NCBI GenBank assembly: GCA_963775725.1
Contig: CAVZKA010000002.1
Location: forward strand, 1,320,242 to 1,384,241
Reading direction: 5' to 3'
Length of the DNA: 64,000 nt
Source: an uncultured Acidobacteriota bacterium
GTDB lineage: Bacteria; Acidobacteriota; Thermoanaerobaculia; UBA5066; Gp7-AA6
Below, in pieces: positions 9,423 through 22,627 of the stretch. Numbering within the stretch: position 1 is the stretch's first letter; every line of letters starts with the position of its first letter. The position numbers and the translations under genes were made by a program. Under the pieces are notes generated by a model. It saw only the letters and a list, made by a program, of their open reading frames with translations, did not search any database and was not told the origin of the DNA.

Positions 9423-10659
9423 TCACGCCCCTTCGTAGCGCGCGAGGACGACGACCGAGCTGTTGCCGCCGAAGGCGAACGAGTTCGAGAGGGCGACGCG
9501 GACGTCGTGATCCCGCGCGGCGTTGGGGACGTAGTCGAGGTCGCACGCGGGGTCCGGGTTCTCGTAGTGGATCGTCGGCGGCACCTTGCCGTCGCGCACG
9601 TCAGGGCCGTCGCCACCGCTTCGATCGCCCCGGAGGCGCAGAGGCAGTGTCCGATCATGGACTTGATGGAGGAGATCGGGATCCGCCGCGCGCGCTCTCC
9701 GAGGGCCGCCTTGAGCGCCGCGGTTTCCGCCGAGTCGTTCTGCGGCGTGGCCGTGCCGTGTGCGTTGACGTAGTCCACTTCGCCCGGGTTCAAGCCCGCG
9801 TTGTCGAGCGCGGCCGCGATCGTGCGTCCGCCGGCCGTGCCCGAGGGATCGGGCGCGGTCATGTGGTACGCGTCGGACGTGACGCCGTAGCCGCAGGAAC
9901 TCCGCGAGGACCGGGGCGCCGCGGCGGCGCGCGTGCCCGGCCTCCTCGAAGACGATGATGCCGGCGGCTTCGCCGATCGAGAGGCCCTTGCGCTCGCGGT
10001 CGAAGGGGCGGCAGGGGTCGGGGTCCACCGAGCGCAGCGAGTTGAACCCGCCGTAGGTCAGCCGGGCGAGCACGTCCGATCCACCCGTCAGGACGACGTC
10101 CGCCAGGCCCGCGGCGATCGCGTCGAAGCGCGTATCCCATCGCGTTGGCCGAGGAGGAGCAGGCCGTCGTGATCGTGGACTTGATGCCTTCCAGGCCGAA
10201 GCGCTGCGCGACGCGATCGGTGATCGAGTCGGGCAGGTGGTTCAGGACCTTCGAGGGGCGCGCCTTCTTGCCGCGCAGGTAGAGCTCGAAGAAGGCCTCC
10301 GAATCGATGAGGCCCGAGGTGCCGCCGCCGAGGATCACGCCCATGCGCGTCGGATCCTCGCGCGCGAAGTCGAGGCCGGCGTTGGCGATGGCCTCGCGCG
10401 CCGCGGCGACGCCCATCCGGTCGGCGCGGGACATGCGGCGCCGTTCGAAGGCCGTCAGGAAGCCGTCCGGGATCTCCGGAACCTCGGCCGCGGTCTGCGT
10501 GCGGTAGGCCGAGGGGTCGAAGAGCGAGAGCGGCCGGATGCCGCAGGCGCCCGCGAGCAGGCCCTCCCACGACGCCTCGAGCGTCGAGCCGACGGCCGTG
10601 ACGGCTCCCATGCCGGTGACGACGACGCGTCGTTGTCGGGCCACGCGCGATTTTGACAT
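9423..10659 (-). CDS. Beta-ketoacyl-ACP synthase, FabF/KS-alpha type (about three apparent indels)
   Basis: RVVVTGMGAV, TACSSSANA (catalytic Cys), VNAHGTATPQND, KSMIGH, SNSFAFGGN across three frames. Confidence 0.88.
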
Positions 10660-10724
10660 AGCCGCCCTCGCGGGGCCGCGGGCTGTCCAGGGTGCCGCGT
10701 TGACAGCCGGGGCATAATCGCCGG

Positions 10725-11160
10725 ATGGGCGAAGAACGCGTCGACTGGCACACCTACTTCATGAACATCGCGCGGCAGGTCGCGACGCGGTCCACCTGCC
10801 CCCGCAAGCACGTCGGCGCGGTCGTCGTCCGCGACCGCACCATCCTGTCGACGGGCTACAACGGCTCGATCCGGGGGCTGCCGCACTGCGCGGACGTCGG
10901 CTGCCTGATGGAGGACGGCCACTGCGTCGCCACCGTGCATGCCGAGGCCAACGCGATCATCCAGGCCGCGCAAGAACGGCGTCGCCATCCACGGCGCCGA
11001 GATCTACACCACCGCCAGCCCCTGCTGGCCCTGCTTCAAGCTGATCGCCAACTCGAGCCTCTCCCGCGTCTACTTCGGCGAGTTCTACCGCGACACGCGG
11101 TCGATCGCCGTCGCGAAGGATGCCGGCATCGAACTCATTAGCCTCGCTCCTCAGGATTGA
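10725..11160 (+). CDS. dCMP/cytidine deaminase family protein (ComEB-like; indel near 10970)
   Basis: WHTYFMNIA...RSTCPRKHVGAV...TGYNG, HAEANAII and SPCWPC zinc motifs in two frames. Confidence 0.88.
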
Positions 11161-11226
11161 CTCGTCGAGCGGCGCAGCGGCCGTAGCCGCGGGAGCGAGA
11201 GCGAGCAAAGCGAGCGGTAGCGACGG

Positions 11227-11922
11227 TCAGACCTCACCCCCACTCACTTCTCCTGGAGCGAGGATGCGGAGGCACTCCTCGAGGTTCTGGCGGGAGCTCG
11301 CCGAGAGCTGGAAGAAGCGGCACCCGATGCCGCGGTCGTTCTCGCGCCCGAGGCGCACGACGATGGCCTCGGCGACGACGGATCGGATGCCGCGCTCGAC
11401 CGGGACGTCGAACGACACGTCGAGGCGCGCGCCGATGGGCTGGCGCGCCTCGGTGCGGACGAAGAAGCCGCCCCGCGACAGGTCCCGGATCGTGCCGGTG
11501 TGCTGCATCCCGTCGCGCCAGAAGGTGATCGACCACTCGACCGCCGAGCGGGCCTCCTCGCGGGGCACGACCTGCAGGAACCGCCGGATCTCCCCGAAGA
11601 AGGCCTCGGGATCGAGGGGCAGCGGCAGCGTGACGTCCGCTCCGGCACGCCGCGCGGCCTCCTCCGAGCCCGCCGGCCCGACGATGGCGATCGGTGTGCG
11701 CGCAAACGCCGGATCGGCCTTGAGGACGCGGCAGAGGTCGAAGCCGGTCATGGGCGAGATCCCCGCCTTGACGACGATCATCTGGGGCTTTTCGCGCCGT
11801 GCGATGTCGAGCGCTTCCGTGCCGCCCGTCGCCGTCAGCGTCTCGCAGCCGGTGCGCTTCAGTACCTCCTCGGCCGCGCCCCGGAAGAGGCCGCTGTCGT
11901 CGACGAGGAGGATGGAGGGCAT
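11227..11922 (-). CDS. Pseudo-receiver + PilZ domain protein
   Basis: ILLVDDS receiver start, but the phospho-Asp site reads PQMIVVK; PilZ motifs REEAR and DLSRGG intact. Confidence 0.8.
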   Translation of the reverse strand: MPSILLVDDSGLFRGAAEEVLKRTGCETLTATGGTEALDIARREKPQMIVVKAGISPMTGFDLCRVLKADPAFARTPIAIVGPAGSEEAARRAGADVTLPLPLDPEAFFGEIRRFLQVVPREEARSAVEWSITFWRDGMQHTGTIRDLSRGGFFVRTEARQPIGARLDVSFDVPVERGIRSVVAEAIVVRLGRENDRGIGCRFFQLSASSRQNLEECLRILAPGEVSGGEV

Positions 11923-11937
11923 GCTGCAAATCATAGC

Positions 11938-12023
11938 GGGGTCTGACCCCCGCAGGGGGTCTGACCCCTTTTCTCGGATCGGAGAGGGAACCTGGGGTCA
12001 GACCCCTTGCGGGGTCAGACCCC
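11938..12023. repeat. REP/MITE-like element of four GGGGTCWGACCCC palindromes
   Basis: GGGGTCTGACCCC at 11938 and 11956; GGGGTCAGACCCC at 11994 and 12011; the two pairs form a larger inverted repeat. Confidence 0.85.
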
Positions 12024-12024
12024 A

Positions 12025-12741
12025 TCAGACCACCCTGGGCCTCAGCACGATCTCTCCGTGCAGGACGTTGGGCGGGGACGTCAGCACGTACAGCAGGGCT
12101 CGCACCGTGTCCTCGATCCGCAGCATCTGCGGCCGATCGAGCGTGGGCCGGAAGCGGTCGAAAAAATCGGTCTCGACCGAACCCGGACAGATCGCGGTGA
12201 CCCGGATGTTGGCCGGTTTCAACTCCGCCGCGAGGGCGCGCGTGAATCCGACGAGGCCCGCCTTGGCCGCGCAGTAGACGGTGCCCTCGGCGAACCCCTC
12301 GAGGCCGCCGACCGACGAGATGTTGACGATGTCCGAGGGCGCGCTCTTGAGGAGCGCATGGAGGCTCGCCTGCGTCATGTAGATCGCGGAGGAGAGGTTG
12401 GTCTCGAGCATCTCGGCGATCTCGGACCGCCGGGTTTCGAGCAGCGGCGCGCGGAACCCGAGTCCCGCGTTGTTGACGAGGATGTCCAGGCGCTTGTAGC
12501 GGGAGAGCAGCACGTCCACGAGGTCGTAGAGCGCCGGCACCGACCGCAGGTCCACGACGTGGTAGGCGGCCTCGCCGCCGGCCTCGGTGATTTCCTGCAC
12601 CGCCTCGCGCAGTTTTTCCTCGCGCCGGGCGACGAGGAAGACCTTCGCGCCGGCCGCGGCCAGGGCGAGCGCGAATCCCCTTCCCAGGCCCGACGACGCC
12701 CCCGTGAGCAAGGCGACCTTTCCCTGAAGCGACTGGTCCAC
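12025..12741 (-). CDS. Short-chain dehydrogenase/reductase
   Basis: ALLTGASSGLG, LVNNAG, YCAAK; GTG start at 12741 preferred from the promoter position. Confidence 0.9.
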   Translation of the reverse strand: MDQSLQGKVALLTGASSGLGRGFALALAAAGAKVFLVARREEKLREAVQEITEAGGEAAYHVVDLRSVPALYDLVDVLLSRYKRLDILVNNAGLGFRAPLLETRRSEIAEMLETNLSSAIYMTQASLHALLKSAPSDIVNISSVGGLEGFAEGTVYCAAKAGLVGFTRALAAELKPANIRVTAICPGSVETDFFDRFRPTLDRPQMLRIEDTVRALLYVLTSPPNVLHGEIVLRPRVV

Positions 12742-12771
12742 GGCTCGCGGAAATGTATCATCCGCGCGCGC
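12742..12771. promoter_or_regulatory. Bidirectional promoter with overlapping -10 hexamers
   Basis: TACATT (minus, 12752-12757) and TATCAT (plus, 12756-12761) share TA; each is 10 nt from its start codon. Confidence 0.55.
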
Positions 12772-13828
12772 ATGGACACGATCTCGCACGGCATCGCGGG
12801 CTCCGTGTTCGCGCGTTCCTTTTCCGACCGGCCGGGCGCGCGGACCGCATTTCTCGCTGGGAGCCGTCGGGGCGATGGTCCCGGACCTCGACTTCCTGTT
12901 TCTCTCGACGCGGCTCGACTACCTGCGCGATCACCGCAGCTGGACGCACTCGTTCCTGGTGCTTCCGTTTCTCGCCCTCGGGATCGCCCTCCTCGTGAGG
13001 GCGTTCTGGCGGACGGCGCGCCTTGCGACCCTCTGGCTCTTCGCCGCGATCGGCGTCGCGACGCACATCCTCTTCGACTGGATCACGAGCTTCGGCACGA
13101 TGTTCTGGACGCCCGTCACGCGAACGCGCTACTCGCTCGACTGGGTGTTCATCCTCGATCCCTGGTTCACCGGGATCGTGCTCGTCAGCCTGATCCTGTC
13201 GCTGGTCTTTCGCGGCCGGCAGCGCCGGATCGCTTCCGCCGGCGCGGGCCTGCTCTGCGCGTACATCGCCTTTTGCGCCTGCGTGCACGCCCGGGCGCTC
13301 GCGATCTGGAAGCGGATGGACGCGCCCCCCGCCGGCGCCACGGTCGCCGTGCTGCCGCAGTTCCTCTCGCCCTTCCGGTGGCTCGGCCTCTCGGAGCGCG
13401 GCAACGAGATCCACGTGGCCTTCTTCGACGTCGGCCCCTTTGCCCGCGGCGCGGCGGACCCGAAGCCCCCGGCGACGTGGAGGGAGATCCTGTCGAGCCT
13501 GCGGGATTTCTACCCGCCTCCCGAGCGCGCGAAGGTCCAGCGCTTCGAGAGGCCGCCCGCCTCGCCGGCCCTGGCAGCGGCCCGCGCCCTTCCCGAGGTC
13601 GGCATCTACATGGCATTCGCCCGCTTTCCGCTCGAGACGGTCTCCGCGGCGCCCGATGGAGGCGCGGAGGTCATCGTCCAGGACCTGCGCTTCCTCCCAT
13701 GGTTCACCGGGCCGTGGGAGCGCGGCGGCGCGGATGGGGTCCGCCGCCAGCCGTTCGTCTACCGCGTGCTCTTCGACGCGGCGCTACGCCCCGTCGAGCG
13801 GGGCTTCGTGCGCGGCGGCCGGCGCTGA
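12772..13828 (+). CDS. Metal-dependent membrane hydrolase, YdjM family (indel near 12860)
   Basis: MDTISHG, PDLD, HRSWTHS, THILFDWITSFGT, DP motifs. Confidence 0.85.
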
Positions 13829-14832
13829 CGCGGCGGCGGGTCCGGATCGCCCGGAGCCGGCGTCCCCGGCCACGTAGGAGTACTCGGGCTCGGGCGCGCG
13901 CGTCAGCGCCTCCGAGACGCCGGCGTAGTAGCCGATCTTGATCAGGAGGCGCACGAAGACGAAGACCTGCTGGGTGAGGATCAGCGGCACGAGCGCGACG
14001 CGCGCCTCGCCGCCGGCCGAGGGGTCGATCACCAGCCAGGCCACGTAGAGCGCGGACGTCGAGACCGCGTACAGGCCGAGGATCCCGAAGAGGCGCAGGG
14101 GCCGGCCGATCGCACCCCCGATGCCGAAGAGGAAGCGCGAGACCGGGGGCAGGTCCGGCCGCGCCACCCAGACCGTGCGCACGGAGTCGGCCAGGAGCTT
14201 GATGACCGCGAGCGCCACGACGAGCGCGAGCAGGCGCACGCCGGTCACGGCGAGCGCCGCCTGCTCGGTGTGGAGGTCCCGGACGCGGCTGGCCAGGGCT
14301 TCGCCCGATCGGACGTAGATCCATTCGTAGGCCGCGAACGCGGCCCCGAGCGAGGCGAACGTGAAGACGAGGAACGCCGGCATTCGCCGCATTCCCTCCC
14401 GGCCGAACGTCACGAGCGAGCTCGAGGGTTCGCGCAGCACGCCGAGCGCCCCTCCGAGCGCGAACGCGTGGAGCACGGTCGCGAGCAGCGCCAGCGAGAA
14501 CGCCGTGGCGCCGATCCCGCGCATTCCGGGCAGCTCCGACCAATGGATGCCCTCCGACGAGAGCAGGCCCGTGGCGAGCTCTGGGAAGTTGCCGAGCAGG
14601 TCCGGATGGACCCGGCGCACGGTCTCCCACCAGCCGTAATCCGGGATGGCCACCATCTTCTGGCCGGCGGGCGAGCGGTCGAGCAGCGCGTGGAGCGTGT
14701 TGCTGACGGGCAGGATGATCGCGGCCGCGAGCATGAGCTGGATCAGCCAGAGCGCCACGGCGAGGTAGGGCTTGGAGAGCGAGAGCTGGAGCCCCCGCAG
14801 GAAGCACCCGACGGCGCGCGGCCCGCGCCGGC

Positions 14833-14836
<4 letters not shown>
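13784..14836 (-). CDS. Hypothetical multi-pass membrane protein coupled to the M1 peptidase
   Basis: About 350 aa with 5-6 hydrophobic segments; GTG start overlaps the M1 stop (GTGA). Confidence 0.65.
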
Positions 14837-18888
<4,052 letters not shown>

Positions 18889-18895
18889 GTCGGAC

Positions 18896-19111
18896 ATGCC
18901 CACCAGAGTCATCCTGTTCTGCCCGATGCTCGAGTACAAGAACAAGCCGGCGATGCTGATGACCATCTCGCCGCAGGGCTTCTACGAATGCCGCGTGGAC
19001 ATGGCGGCCGGCAACCACACGGTCTACCTGCCGATCGCCGGCACCGCGCTGATCTTCACGGACGCGAACGTGATCGGAGAGATCCCGGCGGACATCGAAA
19101 GGTACGGGTAG
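18896..19111 (+). CDS. Small hypothetical protein (71 aa)
   Basis: Starts 7 nt after the ligA stop, GGAG upstream, GC3-rich codons. Confidence 0.6.
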   Translation: MPTRVILFCPMLEYKNKPAMLMTISPQGFYECRVDMAAGNHTVYLPIAGTALIFTDANVIGEIPADIERYG

Positions 19112-19264
19112 ACGTCGCCTCCGCTCCGCGAAGGATCTGCGCGCCCGAAGGCGCGCACCGCCGAGCGGCTCGCGCGGATGCGCGCTCGACCGCCCGGCTG
19201 ATCCCTTCGCTGCGCTCCGGCTCCCGCGGCGTGAGCCTCCACCCTCGCTGCGCTCGGGTGACTT
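19112..19264. repeat. REP-like structured intergenic element
   Basis: Hairpin TGCGCGCC-cgaa-GGCGCGCA and repeated (C/T)TCGCTGCGCTC between convergent genes. Confidence 0.45.
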
Positions 19265-19309
19265 CTCACGCCGCGAGCGATTCCGTCCGAAACGGCGATT
19301 CGGGAACTT

Positions 19310-19852
19310 CTACGCGGTTCGGGCGGACAGCCTTCCGTGGTGCCCCTTCAGCCGGAACGCCAGGATCACGAGCAGAACCCCCCACGCGATCGCGAAGGAT
19401 CCGATCAGCCACATCACCGACAGGGCGCCTGCGCCCGGCCGCGCGAACAGCAGGCCGCCGAGGACGACCATGCAGACGCCCGACAGGATCCAGAGCCACT
19501 CGCCCTCGACTTCCTGGCGCAGCCGGATCGCCGCGGAGATCTGCAGCACGCCGGCGACGATGGCCCAGAACGCGATGATGTAGAGCAGCGTGATCGCCGT
19601 GACGCCGGGCCAGAGGAACGTGACGACGCCGGCCGCGATTCCGAGGACGCCCAGGAAGATGAGCGAGCCGTACTTCGCCCGCACGCCCGCGATGACCTCG
19701 AAGATGCCGTCCACGAGCGCGTAGGCGCCCCACAGGAGCACGAGCACCGCGATCGTCACGCCGGGCCGCGTGTAGGCCACGACGCCGAAGAGGATGGCGC
19801 AGAGTCCGCGCAGCAGCAGGACCCACCAGTGTTCCGCGAGAGTGCGAATCAT
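19310..19852 (-). CDS. HdeD/DUF308 family membrane protein
   Basis: WWVLLLRGLCAILFGVVAYTRPG, two repeated helical-hairpin units; AGGAGGG RBS. Confidence 0.88.
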   Translation of the reverse strand: MIRTLAEHWWVLLLRGLCAILFGVVAYTRPGVTIAVLVLLWGAYALVDGIFEVIAGVRAKYGSLIFLGVLGIAAGVVTFLWPGVTAITLLYIIAFWAIVAGVLQISAAIRLRQEVEGEWLWILSGVCMVVLGGLLFARPGAGALSVMWLIGSFAIAWGVLLVILAFRLKGHHGRLSARTA

Positions 19853-19890
19853 CGGGCTCCTCCTTCCGAAACGGGGTTGTTGGGCGAAGT

Positions 19891-20571
19891 CTATGCGAAG
19901 CCGGGGAAGAGGGCGTCGAGCGCGCGGAGATTGGGCACCCGGAGGACCCCCTCGGGGGCCGGGCCTGCTCCGATGAGGACGGGAAGCAGGCCCGCGCCCG
20001 CGGCGCCCACGACGTCGATCTCGTAGATGTCGCCCACGTACGCGCAGGCGGAGGGCGGAAGCTCCAGGCGAGTGGTCGCGGCGTGAAAGATCCGGGGGTC
20101 CGGCTTCTCGAGGCCGATCTCGGCGGAATCCAGGACGAACTCGAGCAGGTGGCCGAGGCCCGCGTTCTCGAGGAGGCCGCGGACCCGGCCGTCCGCGTTC
20201 GAGATGACCGCCACGCGGTAGCCGCGTGTCCGCAGCGAGGCGAGAGTTTCGGCGGCGCCGTCCGCCCCGCGCGACCAGAGGTTCGCCCGCGCGTGCTCGG
20301 CGGCGAGGCGTCCGACCGCGGCCCGGCGATCCCCCGGCGCCTCGAAGCCCAGCCCCGCGAGCAGCGTGTCGAAGTACAGGGGGACCCGCTCCGAGTCGGC
20401 CGATTTCGGGTTGGCGAGGACGAAGCGGCGCACGGCCGAGACGGCGTCCGACTCGGCACGGCGAAAGAGCGCGGCGTCGTGGTCCCGTCCGACGGCCCGC
20501 GAGACCCGTTCTCCGTCCATGTGGATGAGCGTGCCCCCCGCATCGAAGAGGACCGCGCGGATTCCCTTCAA
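19891..20571 (-). CDS. HAD-superfamily hydrolase
   Basis: VLFDAGGTL motif I, VISN, KPDPRIF, YVGDIYEIDVVGA; TTG start overlaps the glmM stop. Confidence 0.88.
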   Translation of the reverse strand: MKGIRAVLFDAGGTLIHMDGERVSRAVGRDHDAALFRRAESDAVSAVRRFVLANPKSADSERVPLYFDTLLAGLGFEAPGDRRAAVGRLAAEHARANLWSRGADGAAETLASLRTRGYRVAVISNADGRVRGLLENAGLGHLLEFVLDSAEIGLEKPDPRIFHAATTRLELPPSACAYVGDIYEIDVVGAAGAGLLPVLIGAGPAPEGVLRVPNLRALDALFPGFA

Positions 20572-21905
20572 GAGCGGACCGCCAGCGCCTCCCGCACGGT
20601 CGCCTCGAGCTCGTCGGCGATGGCCTTGACCTCGGCGGCCTCCGGACCCTCGACGAGGATGCGCAGGAGCGGCTCGGTCCCCGAGTACCGCAGGAAGACG
20701 CGGCCGCGCGCGCGCAGCGTCTGCTCGGCGCGGCCGATCGCCAGCACGATGACCTCGGTGTCCTCGATGGGCGCCCGGCGCCCGACGCGGACGTTGCGCA
20801 GCGTCTGCGGCATCTTCTGGAGCGTGGCGAGCTCCGAGAGCCTGCGCCCGCTCGCCCGGACGATCGTCGAGAGGATCAGCGCCGTCAGGATCCCGTCGCC
20901 GGCCGGCGAGAGGGGAGCCAGCAGCACGTGGCCGGACGCCTCGCCCCCGAGCGCCGCCCCGGCCTCGTCCATCATGCGGGCCACGTTGCGGTCGCCGACC
21001 GCGGACCGGCGGAACGGGATGCCCTCCTGCGCGAGCGCCGCCTCGAGCCCGAAGTTGGACATGACCGTCCCGACGACGCCGCCCGGCGTCAGCAGCCCGC
21101 GCGCCTTCCAGTCGCGGGCGATGATCCAGAGCACGTCGTCGCCGTCGAGGATGCGCCCCGTCTCGTCGGCGAAGATCGACCGGTCGGCGTCGCCGTCGAA
21201 CGCCACGCCGAGCGCGACGCCCAACTCGCGGGTCGCCCGCGCCATCCCCTCGGGATGGAGCGCGCCGCACGCGAGGTTGATGTTGCGGCCGTCGGGCGCG
21301 TCGTGGATCGTCGTCACGCGCGCACCCGCGCGGTGGAAGGCGCGCGGGCCGATCTGGAACGCGGCCCCGTTGCCGAGGTCGAGCAGCACCGGGAAGCCGT
21401 CGAGGCTCTCCGGCAGGCTCGCCTTCAGGCGCGAGACGTAGGTCGCGACGAGGCCCGGGTCCGGATCGGGAGGCGCCGGCGTCGGCGGCGCGGCCGCCTG
21501 CGGGCCCGCCGCGAGGAGCCTGCCCTCGAGGAACTCCTCCTCCTCGTCCGGCCACTTGCGTCCGTCGGGGCCGAAGATCTTGATGCCGTTGTCCTCGTAG
21601 GGGTTGTGCGAGGCGGAGACGGCGATCCCCGCCGCAGCGCCGAGCTCGAGGACGAGCTCCGCGACCCCGGGCGTCGTGATGATGCCGGCGGGAGCGACGT
21701 TGCAGCCCCCCTCCACGAGGCCCGCCGCCAGGTCCGCCACGATGCGCGGCGTGGACTCGCGCGTGTCGCCGCCGACGACGACGCGCACCGGCCGGCCGCC
21801 GGAGAGGCGATTGCCGAACTCGCGGCCGAGCAGCCGCACCGAAGCGGGGTCGAGCGGGAACTCGCCCGCCTTGCCCCGCAGCCCGTCGGTCCCGAAGAGC
21901 TTCAC
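20568..21905 (-). CDS. glmM: Phosphoglucosamine mutase
   Basis: KLFGTDGLRG, SASHNP, FDGDADR, GGEASGH, RYSGTEPLLR. Confidence 0.95.
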   Translation of the reverse strand: MKLFGTDGLRGKAGEFPLDPASVRLLGREFGNRLSGGRPVRVVVGGDTRESTPRIVADLAAGLVEGGCNVAPAGIITTPGVAELVLELGAAAGIAVSASHNPYEDNGIKIFGPDGRKWPDEEEEFLEGRLLAAGPQAAAPPTPAPPDPDPGLVATYVSRLKASLPESLDGFPVLLDLGNGAAFQIGPRAFHRAGARVTTIHDAPDGRNINLACGALHPEGMARATRELGVALGVAFDGDADRSIFADETGRILDGDDVLWIIARDWKARGLLTPGGVVGTVMSNFGLEAALAQEGIPFRRSAVGDRNVARMMDEAGAALGGEASGHVLLAPLSPAGDGILTALILSTIVRASGRRLSELATLQKMPQTLRNVRVGRRAPIEDTEVIVLAIGRAEQTLRARGRVFLRYSGTEPLLRILVEGPEAAEVKAIADELEATVREALAVRS

Positions 21906-22618
21906 GTCTTTGCCTTCCTGCCGCGCCCGGGCGTGGGCCGGGGCGTCGGCTCGGGTGGGGGCGCCGGACGGATCCGGACCCTCACGGTGACCGCCTGTCC
22001 CTCGCGCACCCGCACCCCGGGCGCCTGGAGCGCGAGCGTCGTCGTCTCGGAAAATCCCGCGTCGCGCCCTTCGACCGAGACCGGGTCGGTCGGAAGGGTG
22101 AAGATGCGGGCCAATGTCTTGGCGGGTCCGATGATACGCGCGCTCTTCGGTTCGGTGGTGACTTCGTCGAGGTGCGCCCCGGGCGCGGGCTCCCCGGTGA
22201 TCTCGGCGACGATGGGGACCGTCTTGTCGGCGATCGCGTCGAGGACGATGGGGATCTCGGCAGGCGCGATGGCGATGACCTCGACCTCCTGCGGCACGTT
22301 GATGTCGCCGGGAGAGAGCGCATAGCGTTTCTCCCCGGGGACCGCGTCGGCGAGGTCGACCACGGCCTCGAGCTTCCCGGGCTCGAGGCTCCGCAGCGGC
22401 GTGAACGCGCCCCGGATGCGCACGGCGATCGCATCGGGAAGGGGCGAGACGATCACCGTCCCGGGGGGCACGTTCACGACCGAGAGCGGGATGCGGTAGC
22501 TGCGCTCCGAGATACGCTCGCGCCGCTGGCCCGAGAGCACGAACCAGGTCGCGCACGCGATCGCGAGGGCCAGCAGCTTGGTGCCGGGGTTGCGGAAGAA
22601 GATGCGCGACAGCTGCAT
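21902..22618 (-). CDS. cdaR: CdaR/YbbR-like diadenylate cyclase regulator
   Basis: N-terminal TM (KLLALAIACATWF), YbbR-like repeats, located between cdaA and glmM. Confidence 0.8.
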   Translation of the reverse strand: MQLSRIFFRNPGTKLLALAIACATWFVLSGQRRERISERSYRIPLSVVNVPPGTVIVSPLPDAIAVRIRGAFTPLRSLEPGKLEAVVDLADAVPGEKRYALSPGDINVPQEVEVIAIAPAEIPIVLDAIADKTVPIVAEITGEPAPGAHLDEVTTEPKSARIIGPAKTLARIFTLPTDPVSVEGRDAGFSETTTLALQAPGVRVREGQAVTVRVRIRPAPPPEPTPRPTPGRGRKAKT

Positions 22619-22627
22619 GGTCTCTCT

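Noticed and set aside
161-13828. Dense frameshifts in smc, exosortase, CLF, KS, dCMP deaminase and hydrolase as programmed frameshifting or pseudogenisation
   Set aside because: They also hit essential smc, occur in GC-rich runs without slippery heptamers, and leave catalytic motifs intact. Long-read indel error is the simpler explanation; short-read polishing would settle it.
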